Positions 29,042 to 39,326 of a stretch of DNA of 64,000 nucleotides are shown here, in pieces (positions within the stretch are counted from its first letter, which is position 1; each line of letters opens with the position of its first letter). Source of the DNA: Verrucomicrobiota bacterium (GTDB lineage: Bacteria; Verrucomicrobiota; Verrucomicrobiia; Limisphaerales; AAA164-E04); NCBI GenBank assembly GCA_047947115.1, contig CP170459.1, forward strand, positions 832,001 to 896,000, given 5' to 3'. Below the pieces are notes generated by a model. The model searched no databases, was not told the origin of the DNA, and saw only the letters and a program-made list of their open reading frames with translations. Position numbers and translations under genes: made by a program.

Positions 29042-29554
29042 ATGAAAAACCGTAGTTACCAGGATTGGATTGACCTGCATTGGCAGCGAACTCTGACACC
29101 AGAGGAGACTGGCCAGTGGGAAGCATTCCTTCAAGAAAACCCGGACCATCGCGAAGAGTGGAAGTGGGACCAACAGTTGATGGAAGGCGTGCATCATTTG
29201 GCGGATGTGCCATTATCCAACAACTTTACCTCACGCGTCATCCGATCCGTCGAACACCTGCAACCGGACTCGGTGACTCAGGAGTCGGAAGCTCGCAGGA
29301 GCGAATCCGGAGGGTGGGCCAAATGGTGGTCCCTGCCCGGCATTCGAATTGCCGGAACAAGTGTCGTCCTATTGGCGGGTTTTTGGCTGTGGCAATGGGA
29401 TCCCACGGCTCCCAGCATGGTGGAAAGCATCACCACCGTCACTCAGGCGGAGACAGCTCCAACGGTGGAGGAACTTGAAAATTTTGACGCAATCAGCGGT
29501 TTGGCGCAAACGAGCACAGATGTTGATTGGGAACTGGTCTTTGCGATGGACTGA
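29042..29554 (+). CDS. Putative single-TM anti-sigma factor
   Basis: Follows the ECF sigma; helical N-domain (LTPEE, VPLSNNFTSRV), one TM, C-terminal LENFDAI. Confidence 0.7.
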   Translation: MKNRSYQDWIDLHWQRTLTPEETGQWEAFLQENPDHREEWKWDQQLMEGVHHLADVPLSNNFTSRVIRSVEHLQPDSVTQESEARRSESGGWAKWWSLPGIRIAGTSVVLLAGFWLWQWDPTAPSMVESITTVTQAETAPTVEELENFDAISGLAQTSTDVDWELVFAMD

Positions 29555-30561
29555 TGACTTGGGAGCGCATACGCATGAAACAACTACCTTTCAGAATCGC
29601 TGCATTCCCGGCTTTGGCCGCCGTGGGATGCCTTTGCATGGTCCTGGCACAGGAAGGACCCAAAATCCCTCCCCTGCGTACAGCATCCCTGCGCACCTCT
29701 CCAACTGTCCCCAGCGTCAAGGACTCCCCCATCAGCCATATCAGAAACCTTCTGGCCGCCGCGCCCGAGCAACGAAAGGATCTCCTGGATCAACATACGC
29801 CCACCACACGAGCCTTCTGGGAACGTAAAGTGACGGAATATGCCGCGATGGATGAAGACGAACGGGATCGACGTCTTCGGGATGCTCAGTTGCACTGGTA
29901 CCTGATGCTGATCCTTCGCACTCCATCCGACCAACGAGAGGTCAAACTGCTCGAACTCCCGGAAACAGAACGCGGCTTGATTTCTGATCGGGTCCGTGAA
30001 TGGGAAGACCTCCCGAACGATCTCCAGATGGATATCATGACCCATCTCCCAGCGCTGAAGTATGTCGGGCAACTTGCTTCATTGTCGCCAGGAGACAGAG
30101 AAAAAGCCCTGGCCGAAGCCAAAAAGAATGGAACCGGCGCTGAGTACCTTTCAGTCGGGTGGAGCACATTGGACGTCGAACGCCGCAGGGCGATGTTCCT
30201 CGGGTATCAAAAATTTTTCACACTGGAACAGCGCCGTCAGGAGAAGGTGCTCGCCAAGATCCCCATGCCCCAACGTCAAACCCTCCAATCCAGACTTGAG
30301 CAACTCGAAAACCTAAGCCCCGACGTGCGTCAGAAATGCCTGGACGCTCTGCAAAAGTATGCCCACATGACGCCGGAAGAACGAATTCTCTTCCGCGCCA
30401 CGGCCGAACGCTGGAAACAAATGGAACCTGCCGAACACGACGTTTGGAGAAAAGTGGTCACTCGCATCCCACCTATCCCATCCGTCAGAGTAAGAACCCT
30501 TCCACCGATTCCTGGCAGTAGAAATGACGACGGATTACCTCCACTTCCCGACAAGCTATAA
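29554..30561 (+). CDS. Exported helical repeat protein, DUF3106-like
   Basis: Signal peptide, Pro-rich ends, repeated motifs WEDLP, LSPD, MTPEER, WKQMEP; start overlaps the anti-sigma stop. Confidence 0.65.
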   Translation: MTWERIRMKQLPFRIAAFPALAAVGCLCMVLAQEGPKIPPLRTASLRTSPTVPSVKDSPISHIRNLLAAAPEQRKDLLDQHTPTTRAFWERKVTEYAAMDEDERDRRLRDAQLHWYLMLILRTPSDQREVKLLELPETERGLISDRVREWEDLPNDLQMDIMTHLPALKYVGQLASLSPGDREKALAEAKKNGTGAEYLSVGWSTLDVERRRAMFLGYQKFFTLEQRRQEKVLAKIPMPQRQTLQSRLEQLENLSPDVRQKCLDALQKYAHMTPEERILFRATAERWKQMEPAEHDVWRKVVTRIPPIPSVRVRTLPPIPGSRNDDGLPPLPDKL

Positions 30562-32379
30562 TCAAGGTACTGTTTCGATGCGGTAAAAGCGGTAATCATC
30601 TCCCGCTTCAGAATCAATCATCACCGTCACATCATTTTGTGCGGTCACAGGTTCGCCTCTCACCACCCATGGGTCGCCCACAACATCACGACGGCTGTAC
30701 AGTTGGTATTTGACTCCCGGGCTGCTTTGAAAGGAAACACTGGCGCCTTCCAAAGTAACTTCCACGCTGAGCAGAGCGAATGGTGGGACCACCGATGCCG
30801 GGGTTGAGGATGCATTTGTCGGATCCGAGCCGGCTTCGAATTCCTGGGTATTGGTATAGCCATCGCCATCCGCGTCAAAGTCAGGTGAAGCCTCCGGTCC
30901 GGTCCAACGGGTAAAATAATTGCGCTGAAACTGATCGTTCAGACCATCTGCGTTGTAGTCAGGATCCTTGGGCAACACGTCGATGAAGCCGTTGGCATAA
31001 GCCACATTGTCGCCTTGACGCAACTCGAACGATCTGACCCCGGGTAACGCATCTTCATCCACCGAAACCTGAATGTAGTAGGCAGAAAGAGTGCCATTGC
31101 GAAAGGGATCTGCTCGATACTGACTTAGAGTCGTTGTCACTCCGCTTCCGCGCACCGACAAAACGGCATCTTCGGGGAGATTCTCACCATAGACACCGAT
31201 CCAGACAGCTCGCTCTCCCTGCGTCACAGCCGTCGGAGCCACATTGATAGTCAAAGTATTCAAAGAATTCACCTTTTGCTGGATGCCTTGTAGGCGAAAG
31301 GCGGGTTCTCCCTGCTGAACATCCACATCAGCCTGGGATACCCCAGCTGCCGTCACACTCACAGGGATTGGCTCGCTCGGAAGATAATCGGTCCGGATAT
31401 CCTGAAATTCAGCAAAATTGATCACAAACCAAGGAATCAGATAACGTTGCGCATCAATCGGAGGCATCGGAGTGACCCTCAAGATGTAATCCCCAGGCGG
31501 AACTGCGGTCATTTCATAGAATCCCTGCTCCCAGACAAGTGTCTTGGCCCGACTCACCGTGCCCCGGACAGGGTTTCCATCCAAATCTTCCAACACGATG
31601 ACAGCGCCATGCAGATTCTCAGCTCCCATGGTCACCTGACCACGGATTTTACCCACTGTGCTCAGGAAGTTTCCCTCGGGATAGAAGGACTGCACGAACG
31701 CCCGATCATCATCGCTCAAATCCAACTGAGAATTAAGTCCGCGCTGTGCCTCATAAACCATGGTGGAAGCGCCGAGCGTAGAATGCTCCAGGCCAATGAG
31801 ATGACCGATTTCGTGCAGCGCAATGGCTTCCACACTGACGGCAAGCGGTACGCTGGAGTCATATTTGGTGAACCATTTGTGGTTCACTCCGTTGAAGACT
31901 ATATCCGACTCCACCACGCTGTAATCACCAAAGAAAGCCCGGTAGGTCAGACCAAACCGGCCTCGAATGTCGTCCTTTTCACCATTCACCAACGTGGTGT
32001 CCTTGGTCCAGTAGATCACGTTCTTGAAGTCTTCCAGATTGATTTCAGGCTCCCCTTCGATGAATCCCGCATCTTCGAAATTCAGATATGAACCAGGTAT
32101 TTCCGCCCACTGATCGAAAGCGGTGCGAACGGCCTCCAGCTCATTCTCCCTGTTGGTTTCGGAGTATGCGCTCTGATCCAGATAATAACGTATGGTTTGT
32201 GTTCCCGGTATCGCCGCTGTGGCGGGGAGCTGGCCGTTGGTAGCGATTTTGAACCAATGCTGTGCGAATCCATTGTTGCTCCACTGGGCGACAAAAGCGT
32301 GGATGGGAATGGCAACAAGCACCAACATCAAAGAGCCAACTCCAACGAAAATTTTCTTTTGCTGGGATGTCCGCATCAT
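30562..32379 (-). CDS. Matrixin (M10 metzincin) metalloprotease with carboxypeptidase-regulatory-like and C-terminal domains
   Basis: Signal peptide, AFDQW, HEIGHLIGLEHS, Met-turn STMV, DADGDG repeat. Confidence 0.88.
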   Translation of the reverse strand: MMRTSQQKKIFVGVGSLMLVLVAIPIHAFVAQWSNNGFAQHWFKIATNGQLPATAAIPGTQTIRYYLDQSAYSETNRENELEAVRTAFDQWAEIPGSYLNFEDAGFIEGEPEINLEDFKNVIYWTKDTTLVNGEKDDIRGRFGLTYRAFFGDYSVVESDIVFNGVNHKWFTKYDSSVPLAVSVEAIALHEIGHLIGLEHSTLGASTMVYEAQRGLNSQLDLSDDDRAFVQSFYPEGNFLSTVGKIRGQVTMGAENLHGAVIVLEDLDGNPVRGTVSRAKTLVWEQGFYEMTAVPPGDYILRVTPMPPIDAQRYLIPWFVINFAEFQDIRTDYLPSEPIPVSVTAAGVSQADVDVQQGEPAFRLQGIQQKVNSLNTLTINVAPTAVTQGERAVWIGVYGENLPEDAVLSVRGSGVTTTLSQYRADPFRNGTLSAYYIQVSVDEDALPGVRSFELRQGDNVAYANGFIDVLPKDPDYNADGLNDQFQRNYFTRWTGPEASPDFDADGDGYTNTQEFEAGSDPTNASSTPASVVPPFALLSVEVTLEGASVSFQSSPGVKYQLYSRRDVVGDPWVVRGEPVTAQNDVTVMIDSEAGDDYRFYRIETVP

Positions 32380-32924
32380 TTTACACCTCCCTTTACCTGA
32401 GCTTTGAGTGATTCAATCGGCAGTGGCAACTGGTGAGGCAAACGTATCCCGCGTGTCTGCGGTGAGCTGGATCCAGGGGGCGCCCCACCATGAAACACGT
32501 TGCGCACGTATAGTTTGGAATCATAATCAGATTTCAACACATCAAACTTTCCCTGAACCATTCCGATCGTTACACCTTGACCCTTGGAATTGATCCGGCA
32601 AAACACAACCGCCTCTTCACCGAGAGCAAACTCAACCTGAAAAAGAACTTCAACCTTGCGCAAACCCAGGATCCCTCCACCATGAACCACTTCAAAGGTA
32701 TCCCCGGCCACTTCGCCTTTCCAAACATCCTGCACTTGAAACTGGATGGATGTGAATACCCGCCCATCATCATCCCGCGCGACCTTTCTGGAAAGAACCT
32801 TCCCCTGAAGCACCACGTCGGCTGCTTCTGTAAGATCTTGAACGGACAAAGGTAACAACGGCCCCGCTACTGCCGGATGAAGCCAGAAGGATAGACATAC
32901 AAACAAACAAATTAATCGCTTCAT
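32376..32924 (-). CDS. Exported hypothetical protein translationally coupled to the matrixin
   Basis: Signal peptide from ATG 32924; ADVVLQGKV...VQDVWKG...GG...GEEAVVF...QGKF; ATGA overlap with the matrixin start. Confidence 0.7.
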   Translation of the reverse strand: MKRLICLFVCLSFWLHPAVAGPLLPLSVQDLTEAADVVLQGKVLSRKVARDDDGRVFTSIQFQVQDVWKGEVAGDTFEVVHGGGILGLRKVEVLFQVEFALGEEAVVFCRINSKGQGVTIGMVQGKFDVLKSDYDSKLYVRNVFHGGAPPGSSSPQTRGIRLPHQLPLPIESLKAQVKGGVK

Positions 32925-33113
32925 AAAAACAATACTCAAAAAACGAAAGCCAAACCTAAAAGAACAATATCGAAGGCGCAAAAGAAAATGATGGTTTGGT
33001 AGGCTTTCGATAACATTCAAGGTAACCTTCGCCATCCTGACACGGTCGATTATTTGTAGATTTCCTGAGGTAATCGACCATCTTTTGCCATTCGAATGAA
33101 TAATTTCGGTGGC

Positions 33114-33141
33114 TTGCCAATCCAAAACAGTCGTTTATGCT
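33114..33141 (+). promoter_or_regulatory. Putative sigma70 promoter
   Basis: TTGCCA-N16-TATGCT upstream of the DUF1592 gene. Confidence 0.4.
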
Positions 33142-33186
33142 GAAGGAAAGCAAGAGACAAGGTTCGCCCTGAGAACAGACCCAGAG

Positions 33187-35538
33187 ATGTACATGCAAAA
33201 AACAACCCTTTTCGGCAAATGGACCGCGATGTTCGCCACCGCCGCCATGACTTATGGTGTCGGCTTGGCGGAGGAATCGTTGTCACCTGCCGCATCCGTT
33301 TTTCAAAAGGAAATGGTTCCGTTTCTAAAGCAATACTGCTACGAATGCCACGGGACCAAAAAGCAGAAGGCAGACGTCGACTTCGAAAACCTTCCGACCA
33401 CTACGGAAATATTCAAAGATACCGAATTATGGGAACTGACCAGGGACCTGTTGTTGGATAACGAAATGCCTCCGGAGAAAAGTCCTCAGCCGGGTATGGA
33501 GGATAAACAACACATCCTGGATCTGATCGACCTTGAGCTGGAACGATTCGATTGCGACTCCCTGTCCAATCCAGGCAGAGTCACCATCCGCCGCCTCAAC
33601 CGCGCTGAATACGACAATACCATCCGCGATCTTCTGGGTGTCAATTTCCAGCCTTCCAAAGATTTTCCATTGGACGAAGTGGGATACGGTTTCGACAACA
33701 TCGGCGATGTGCTTTCCCTGTCCCCCATCCTGATGGAAAAATACCTGAACGCAGCCGAATCCGTGGTAACCAACGCAATTTTGTCTCAAATTCCCGCCTG
33801 GCCGCCCGTCAGCCGACATCAGGCGGAGCAGTTCACCACCACGGAAGACGAAATTATCCGTGCGGAGGGTCCGGTGATGGGCTTTTACCGGGAAGGTTCC
33901 GCAAGCAAGACCATCGAGACCGAGCAGGCTGGTGAATTCAAGTTGATCATCCGAGCCTACGGTCAGCAGGCTGGCCCCGATCACGCCAAACTCGAAATCG
34001 CCATCAACGACAAGGACAAACAAGTCATCGATGTGGATGCTTTCCAGGACAAACCACGGACCTATACTATCAAAACCAACCTGGCGAAGGGTGCCAACCG
34101 TTTGTCGCTGGCCTATCTCAACAACTACAATGTCCAGGACCACCCCGTCGCCGAATTGAACGGGGACCGCAACTTGTTCGTGGACTACGTTGAGATTGAA
34201 GGTCCGCTCAATGTCGAAAGACCTGCGCTGCCAGAATCACATACACGCATCATTCCCGGTCAACCTGAACGCGGCAAAGAAATAGCCTATGCCGGGCAGG
34301 TCCTGAAACCATTCGCCAAACGCGCCTGGCGCCGGCCGGTCAGTGATCGGGAAACAGAAAGACTCACCTCGCTGGTCGCCTATGCGCTGGAACAGAAAGC
34401 CACCTTCGAAGAATCCATTCAAGTAGCGCTTCAAGCCATCCTGACCTCCCCGAGTTTCCTCTTCCGCTGGGAACTGGATCCCAGTGAAAAGGAAGGAGAA
34501 GGCACCCGCCAGTTGAACGAATACGAATTGGCCTCCCGCTTGTCCTACTTCCTTTGGAGCAGCATGCCGGATGAAGAATTGTTCGCCCTCGCTGATGAAG
34601 GAAGACTGAGCGATCCGGAGGTGATCAAACATCAGGTCGAGCGCATGATCCAGGATCCGAAATCGGACGCATTCGTCACGAATTTTGCCGGACAGTGGCT
34701 GCAGTTCCGAAGCCTGGACACCGTCACTCCCGACCCCACCCGATTCCCAACCTACAACGATGAACTGCGTCAGGCCATGCAGCGCGAAAGCGAACTCTTC
34801 TTTTCGGAAATCATGCGCACCAACCGCAGCCTCACCGATTTTTTGGACGCGGACTTCACTTACCTGAACGAAACACTCGCGCGTCACTATGGTATGGAAG
34901 GTGTGCAAGGAAAAGAATTCCAGAGAGTCTCGCTGGACGCCGACAGTCAACGAGGAGGCGTCCTGACCCAGGCCAGCGTTCTGACTCTGACCTCCAACCC
35001 CACCCGCACCTCCCCCGTGTTGCGTGGCAAATGGATCCTGGAACAGATTATGGGCACCCCACCCCCACCTCCCCCGCCTGATGCGCCCCTCCTGGAAGAA
35101 ACCGAGGAAGCGATGCTGTCCGGATCTCTGCGCGAGCGCATGGAGAAACACCGCATCAAACCGGATTGCGCAACTTGCCATGAAAAAATGGACCCGATCG
35201 GATTTGCTTTTGAAAACTTCAATGCAGTGGGCGAATGGCGGGATCTGGACGAAGGTTTCCCCATTGATCCATCGGGCAAGCTGCCCGATGGAACAGAGTT
35301 CAACGGGCCCAAAGACCTGATCAAGGAACTCATGAACCGCGAAACCTTCGTGCGTTCGGTGATCGAGAAAATGTTGACGTTTGCACTTGGGCGCGGTTTA
35401 GAATACTATGATCAGTGCACCGTTGACGAAATTTACGAGGATTTGAGCGCAGATCATCTGAAGTTCCAAACTCTGATTCAATCAATTGTGCTCAGCAAAC
35501 CATTTCAATTGAGAAATCTGGAAGGCGACGCTTTATGA
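33187..35538 (+). CDS. DUF1592/DUF1588-family (PSD) planctomycete-type cytochrome c protein with inserted carbohydrate-binding-like module
   Basis: CYECH, RRLNRAEYDNTIRDL, GFDNIG, ELASRLSYFLWSS, NFAGQWL, TSPVLRGKW, CATCH; insert ending DRNLFVDYVEI. Confidence 0.9.
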   Translation: MYMQKTTLFGKWTAMFATAAMTYGVGLAEESLSPAASVFQKEMVPFLKQYCYECHGTKKQKADVDFENLPTTTEIFKDTELWELTRDLLLDNEMPPEKSPQPGMEDKQHILDLIDLELERFDCDSLSNPGRVTIRRLNRAEYDNTIRDLLGVNFQPSKDFPLDEVGYGFDNIGDVLSLSPILMEKYLNAAESVVTNAILSQIPAWPPVSRHQAEQFTTTEDEIIRAEGPVMGFYREGSASKTIETEQAGEFKLIIRAYGQQAGPDHAKLEIAINDKDKQVIDVDAFQDKPRTYTIKTNLAKGANRLSLAYLNNYNVQDHPVAELNGDRNLFVDYVEIEGPLNVERPALPESHTRIIPGQPERGKEIAYAGQVLKPFAKRAWRRPVSDRETERLTSLVAYALEQKATFEESIQVALQAILTSPSFLFRWELDPSEKEGEGTRQLNEYELASRLSYFLWSSMPDEELFALADEGRLSDPEVIKHQVERMIQDPKSDAFVTNFAGQWLQFRSLDTVTPDPTRFPTYNDELRQAMQRESELFFSEIMRTNRSLTDFLDADFTYLNETLARHYGMEGVQGKEFQRVSLDADSQRGGVLTQASVLTLTSNPTRTSPVLRGKWILEQIMGTPPPPPPPDAPLLEETEEAMLSGSLRERMEKHRIKPDCATCHEKMDPIGFAFENFNAVGEWRDLDEGFPIDPSGKLPDGTEFNGPKDLIKELMNRETFVRSVIEKMLTFALGRGLEYYDQCTVDEIYEDLSADHLKFQTLIQSIVLSKPFQLRNLEGDAL

Positions 35539-36893
35539 AAAACACACAACACTGGACACGCAGAAACTTCCTCAGAGGCCTGGGCACTGCATTGGCTCTG
35601 CCAACCCTGAGTTCCGTCTCTCCATTACGCGGGTTGGCAGCTGGGGGATCCTCCGAGCATCCACTGCGTATGGCATTCATGTTTGTGCCCAATGGCATAC
35701 ACATGCCAGACTGGACCCCGACCACGACAGGCCGACATTTTGAGTTACCAAAGATCCTCAGTTCCCTCGAACCCATCAAGCAGGATCTGGTGGTGCTCAG
35801 TGGTTTAACCCATGATAAAGGGCGTGCCAATGGGGACGGAGCGGGAGATCATGCCCGTTCAGCCGGGGTTTTTCTCACCGGAGTGCAACCATTGAAAAGC
35901 GAGGGATCCGAAATCCGGGCAGGTGTTTCAGCCGACCAGGTTGTCGCCAAAGCCATCGGGCATCACACTCGGTTCGCCTCCCTGGAAATCGGAGCTGAAA
36001 CAGGACGTCAATCCGGCAAATGCGATTCCGGTTACAGTTGTGCTTACTCCAACAACATTTCATGGCGCGATGAAGCCACTCCGATGACCAAGGAAGTCAA
36101 TCCTCGACTCGTCTTTGAACGTTTGTTTGGCAACCAGATACAAACCGAGGAAACCGAAAGCCTGGCGCGCCGCAAACGCCTTCGGAAAAGCATCCTCGAT
36201 TTTGTGCTCGATGACGCACATCGCCTGGAAAAACGTGCCAGCTACCGTGATAAACAAAAGCTTGGCGAATACCTGACCGCAGTGCGCGAAATCGAACAAC
36301 GTATCGAACGCGCAGAACGCGATGCGAACGAACGTCCGGATTACCTGACAGAGTTTGATGCGCCCGAGGGCATCCCCGCCTCTTATGAGGAACACATCAA
36401 ACTGCTCGGAGACCTCATGGTGCTTGCTTTCCAGGCCGATGTCACACGCATCTCAACCTTTATGCTCGCCAACGAAGGCAGTAACCGCAGCTACCGCCCC
36501 ATCGGAGTCAATGACGGACATCACAGCTTGTCTCATCATCAGAGTGATCCTGTCAAACTGGCAAAAATCAGCGAAATCAATGAATTCCACGTCCGACAGG
36601 CCGCCTACATCCTTCAGAAAATGAAATCGATTCCCGAAGGAGACGGCACCCTGCTGGATCACAGTATGATCGTTTACGGTGCTGGCATCAGCGACGGGAA
36701 CCGTCACAACAATGAAAACCTGCCTGTCTTTCTGGCCGGTGGGGCCAACGGCAAAATCCAGACCGGCCGCCATGTGAGTTACGAATTCGAGACCCCCATG
36801 GCCAACCTGCTCCGCTCCATGATCCATCACATGGGCGTGGAAGCGAATCATTTCGGTGACAGCACCGGGTTGCTGAGAGGTCTGGAAGGCTGA
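35535..36893 (+). CDS. DUF1552 family protein with Tat signal
   Basis: TRRNFLRG, FVPNG, CDSGYSCAY, NPRLVFERLF, HHSLSHH, TLLDHS. Confidence 0.92.
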   Translation: MKNTQHWTRRNFLRGLGTALALPTLSSVSPLRGLAAGGSSEHPLRMAFMFVPNGIHMPDWTPTTTGRHFELPKILSSLEPIKQDLVVLSGLTHDKGRANGDGAGDHARSAGVFLTGVQPLKSEGSEIRAGVSADQVVAKAIGHHTRFASLEIGAETGRQSGKCDSGYSCAYSNNISWRDEATPMTKEVNPRLVFERLFGNQIQTEETESLARRKRLRKSILDFVLDDAHRLEKRASYRDKQKLGEYLTAVREIEQRIERAERDANERPDYLTEFDAPEGIPASYEEHIKLLGDLMVLAFQADVTRISTFMLANEGSNRSYRPIGVNDGHHSLSHHQSDPVKLAKISEINEFHVRQAAYILQKMKSIPEGDGTLLDHSMIVYGAGISDGNRHNNENLPVFLAGGANGKIQTGRHVSYEFETPMANLLRSMIHHMGVEANHFGDSTGLLRGLEG

Positions 36894-36944
36894 TCTTCAG
36901 AACTTGTCCACGTATCGTTGTTTTAAAAAAACAAACTTTGATCG

Positions 36945-36984
36945 ATGGCGGCTCCTGTTCCCGGTGACTGGTGCCGCCATTTTT
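36945..36984 (+). terminator. Putative intrinsic terminator
   Basis: ATGGCGGC...GCCGCCAT followed by TTTTATT. Confidence 0.55.
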
Positions 36985-37032
36985 ATTGAATTGTCACTCA
37001 TTCAAATCATTACACATCCGACCAAGTTTTCC

Positions 37033-39285
37033 ATGAATACGAAGCGACCATCGAGCGCAGGAATGTTGTTACTGTCCATCCTGTTGCTGATCTCCGCAAT
37101 CGCCCCCATCCATAAAAGCATCGCACAGGAGAAAAGCGTTGCCGAACTCATCACAGATCTTTCTTCCGGTGACGACCGGACACGCAGGGACGCCGCCATG
37201 TTCTTAAGCAATCTGGCTGCGGAATCCAGTGACGTGATCGAAGCTGTTCCGGCGTTGGTCAAGGCATTGGATGATTCCGAACAACAGGTCTGGTTTCACT
37301 CCGTCACCGCCCTTTCCCGACTCGGCCCCGATGCCGCCCCGGCCATTCCCAAACTGATCGACGACCTCGGCCGGATGAGCCGGCGTGGCGTCAATGTGAA
37401 ATGGTACCGCAGCGCACACGCATTGGGACAAATTGGTGAAGCCGCCGTGGAACCTCTCCTGAAGGCCTGCCAGAATTCCAACTCCAGCACACGAGCCGGA
37501 GCCGCCAAGGCATTCGAATGGATCCCTGAAGCCGTGGTAAGTAGCGTGCCGGCATTGATCCATCTCCTTGAAGATGCCGATGAGGATGTCCGAGACACCG
37601 CTGCCGAGACCCTGGGGGTTCTGCCCGAACCTGCGCTCACAAGCCTGAAGGCAAACATGACTCATGCCAACGCCCAAACCCGTGCCGCCGTTTACCAGGC
37701 TCTCGGAGTCATGGGCTTGAAAGCATCCAGCCTCGCAGACCCCTTGCTGAACCAACTTGCTTCAGAGACGGACACGATCGCCCTTCAAATTGGTTTGGAA
37801 GCGTTGGCCAAAATGGATGTCCCGATCACGCCTTTCGCGGAACAGGTCAAAACACTGTTTTCACGTGAAGAAGAAGTCATCCAACAAGCCGTGGCGAACG
37901 CCATCTTGTCCATGCCTAGTGAAGTATCCGTTCCCATGCTGATCGAACGGCTTGATCACCCGGAATTGGACATCAGCATTCGGGCTGCCGAATTACTCGG
38001 ACATTTGGGATCCAACGCAATACCGGCACTCAAGCCCCTCCTGGACAAAGCTCAAGGCCAACTCACAAACCAAGCCCCCAACCGCACTTATCAGAAGGCT
38101 TTTACGGAAATCGGTTTGTCAGGCGTTCCCATTCTGTTGGAACATATAGGGAAAACTACAAACCGCGGAGATTCGGATTGGATCACCCCCATGTTGGCGG
38201 ATTATGGGATGATAGGGGTCAATTCTCTGAAACAAGGACTGGAAACCGACAATCCAAGACAAATCGAAGTCATCCTGAATGCATTTGCCTTAATGGAAAC
38301 ACAAGCCATGGCAGCGGCGTCCGAAATCTCGGGCCTGACCCATCACAAGGAGCCGAGTGTTCGCTCAGTGGCGGTGGAGGCCCTGGTGTCGATCGGCCTC
38401 AAATCCGCAAAATTTTCGGAAATCATCGAACCACTCCTTACGGATGAATCGCTGGAAGTCCGACAGGCTGCCGTGAGTTCCCTCAGAAAAGTTCCTGAAG
38501 CCGCAGAAGGTCAGCTCGGAAAATTGAAGGGTTTGCTGGATGACCCCTCCGCCAAACTCCGAGCAAGCGCTCTGCTGGCTCTCTCCAGTGTGGGACAAAG
38601 AGCCGCAGACCTGGCCCATCAAGCCGCCACCCTCCTGGCAGACCCAGATGTGGATGTGAAAAAGGCCGCGATTCGCGCGTTGGGCTCCTTTCGATCGGCG
38701 CCCACCTTGGCAATAAGCCAGATGGATTGGCTGGGGTATCACGGTGATCCTGACATTCGATTGCTTGTTTTGGAATCCCTCAGCAAACTGAGCGACCAGG
38801 CAACATCATCACTCCCACTTTTCGAGGCATCCCTGGATCATGAAAACAACGCCATTCGTTTGGCGGCTCTCGAGGGATTCTCCATGATCGAAACCCAACC
38901 AGAAAAACTGCTTCCCATCCTGATGCGTGCCTTGGACGACACCGATCAGGAAATCCGACACGCCAGTCTCAAGGCCATGACGTCCCTGGACGATGCGGCA
39001 GCCGGCGCCATCCCAGCCCTGATCCGGAGACTGGAAGAGAGTGAGGATCGTGAAATGGCTCTGGGAGTCTTGAGAAGACTGCCTTCCGAGACGGATTACC
39101 TCGACAACTATGTCTCCGCACTCGAACACGACGATCCCGGAGTACGGGCATTCGGATGTCGCGCCCTCGGCAAGCTGGGTAAAGAAGCCGAGTCCGCATT
39201 ACCCGCGTTGCGTCAGGCACGCCGCGACCGTTATCGTTTCGTGCGTGAACAGGCGGACGAAGCCATCAAACGCATCGAAGGCTGA
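37033..39285 (+). CDS. Exported HEAT-repeat protein
   Basis: Signal peptide; repeated AVPAL...L.D....VR..AA.ALG units. Confidence 0.88.
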   Translation: MNTKRPSSAGMLLLSILLLISAIAPIHKSIAQEKSVAELITDLSSGDDRTRRDAAMFLSNLAAESSDVIEAVPALVKALDDSEQQVWFHSVTALSRLGPDAAPAIPKLIDDLGRMSRRGVNVKWYRSAHALGQIGEAAVEPLLKACQNSNSSTRAGAAKAFEWIPEAVVSSVPALIHLLEDADEDVRDTAAETLGVLPEPALTSLKANMTHANAQTRAAVYQALGVMGLKASSLADPLLNQLASETDTIALQIGLEALAKMDVPITPFAEQVKTLFSREEEVIQQAVANAILSMPSEVSVPMLIERLDHPELDISIRAAELLGHLGSNAIPALKPLLDKAQGQLTNQAPNRTYQKAFTEIGLSGVPILLEHIGKTTNRGDSDWITPMLADYGMIGVNSLKQGLETDNPRQIEVILNAFALMETQAMAAASEISGLTHHKEPSVRSVAVEALVSIGLKSAKFSEIIEPLLTDESLEVRQAAVSSLRKVPEAAEGQLGKLKGLLDDPSAKLRASALLALSSVGQRAADLAHQAATLLADPDVDVKKAAIRALGSFRSAPTLAISQMDWLGYHGDPDIRLLVLESLSKLSDQATSSLPLFEASLDHENNAIRLAALEGFSMIETQPEKLLPILMRALDDTDQEIRHASLKAMTSLDDAAAGAIPALIRRLEESEDREMALGVLRRLPSETDYLDNYVSALEHDDPGVRAFGCRALGKLGKEAESALPALRQARRDRYRFVREQADEAIKRIEG

Positions 39286-39290
39286 AGTCT

Positions 39291-39320
39291 TTGACACTGA
39301 CAACAAGTATCTCCCATAAT
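39291..39320 (+). promoter_or_regulatory. Sigma70 promoter giving a leaderless transcript
   Basis: TTGACA-N18-CATAAT-N6-ATG. Confidence 0.6.
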
Positions 39321-39326
39321 GGGCTC

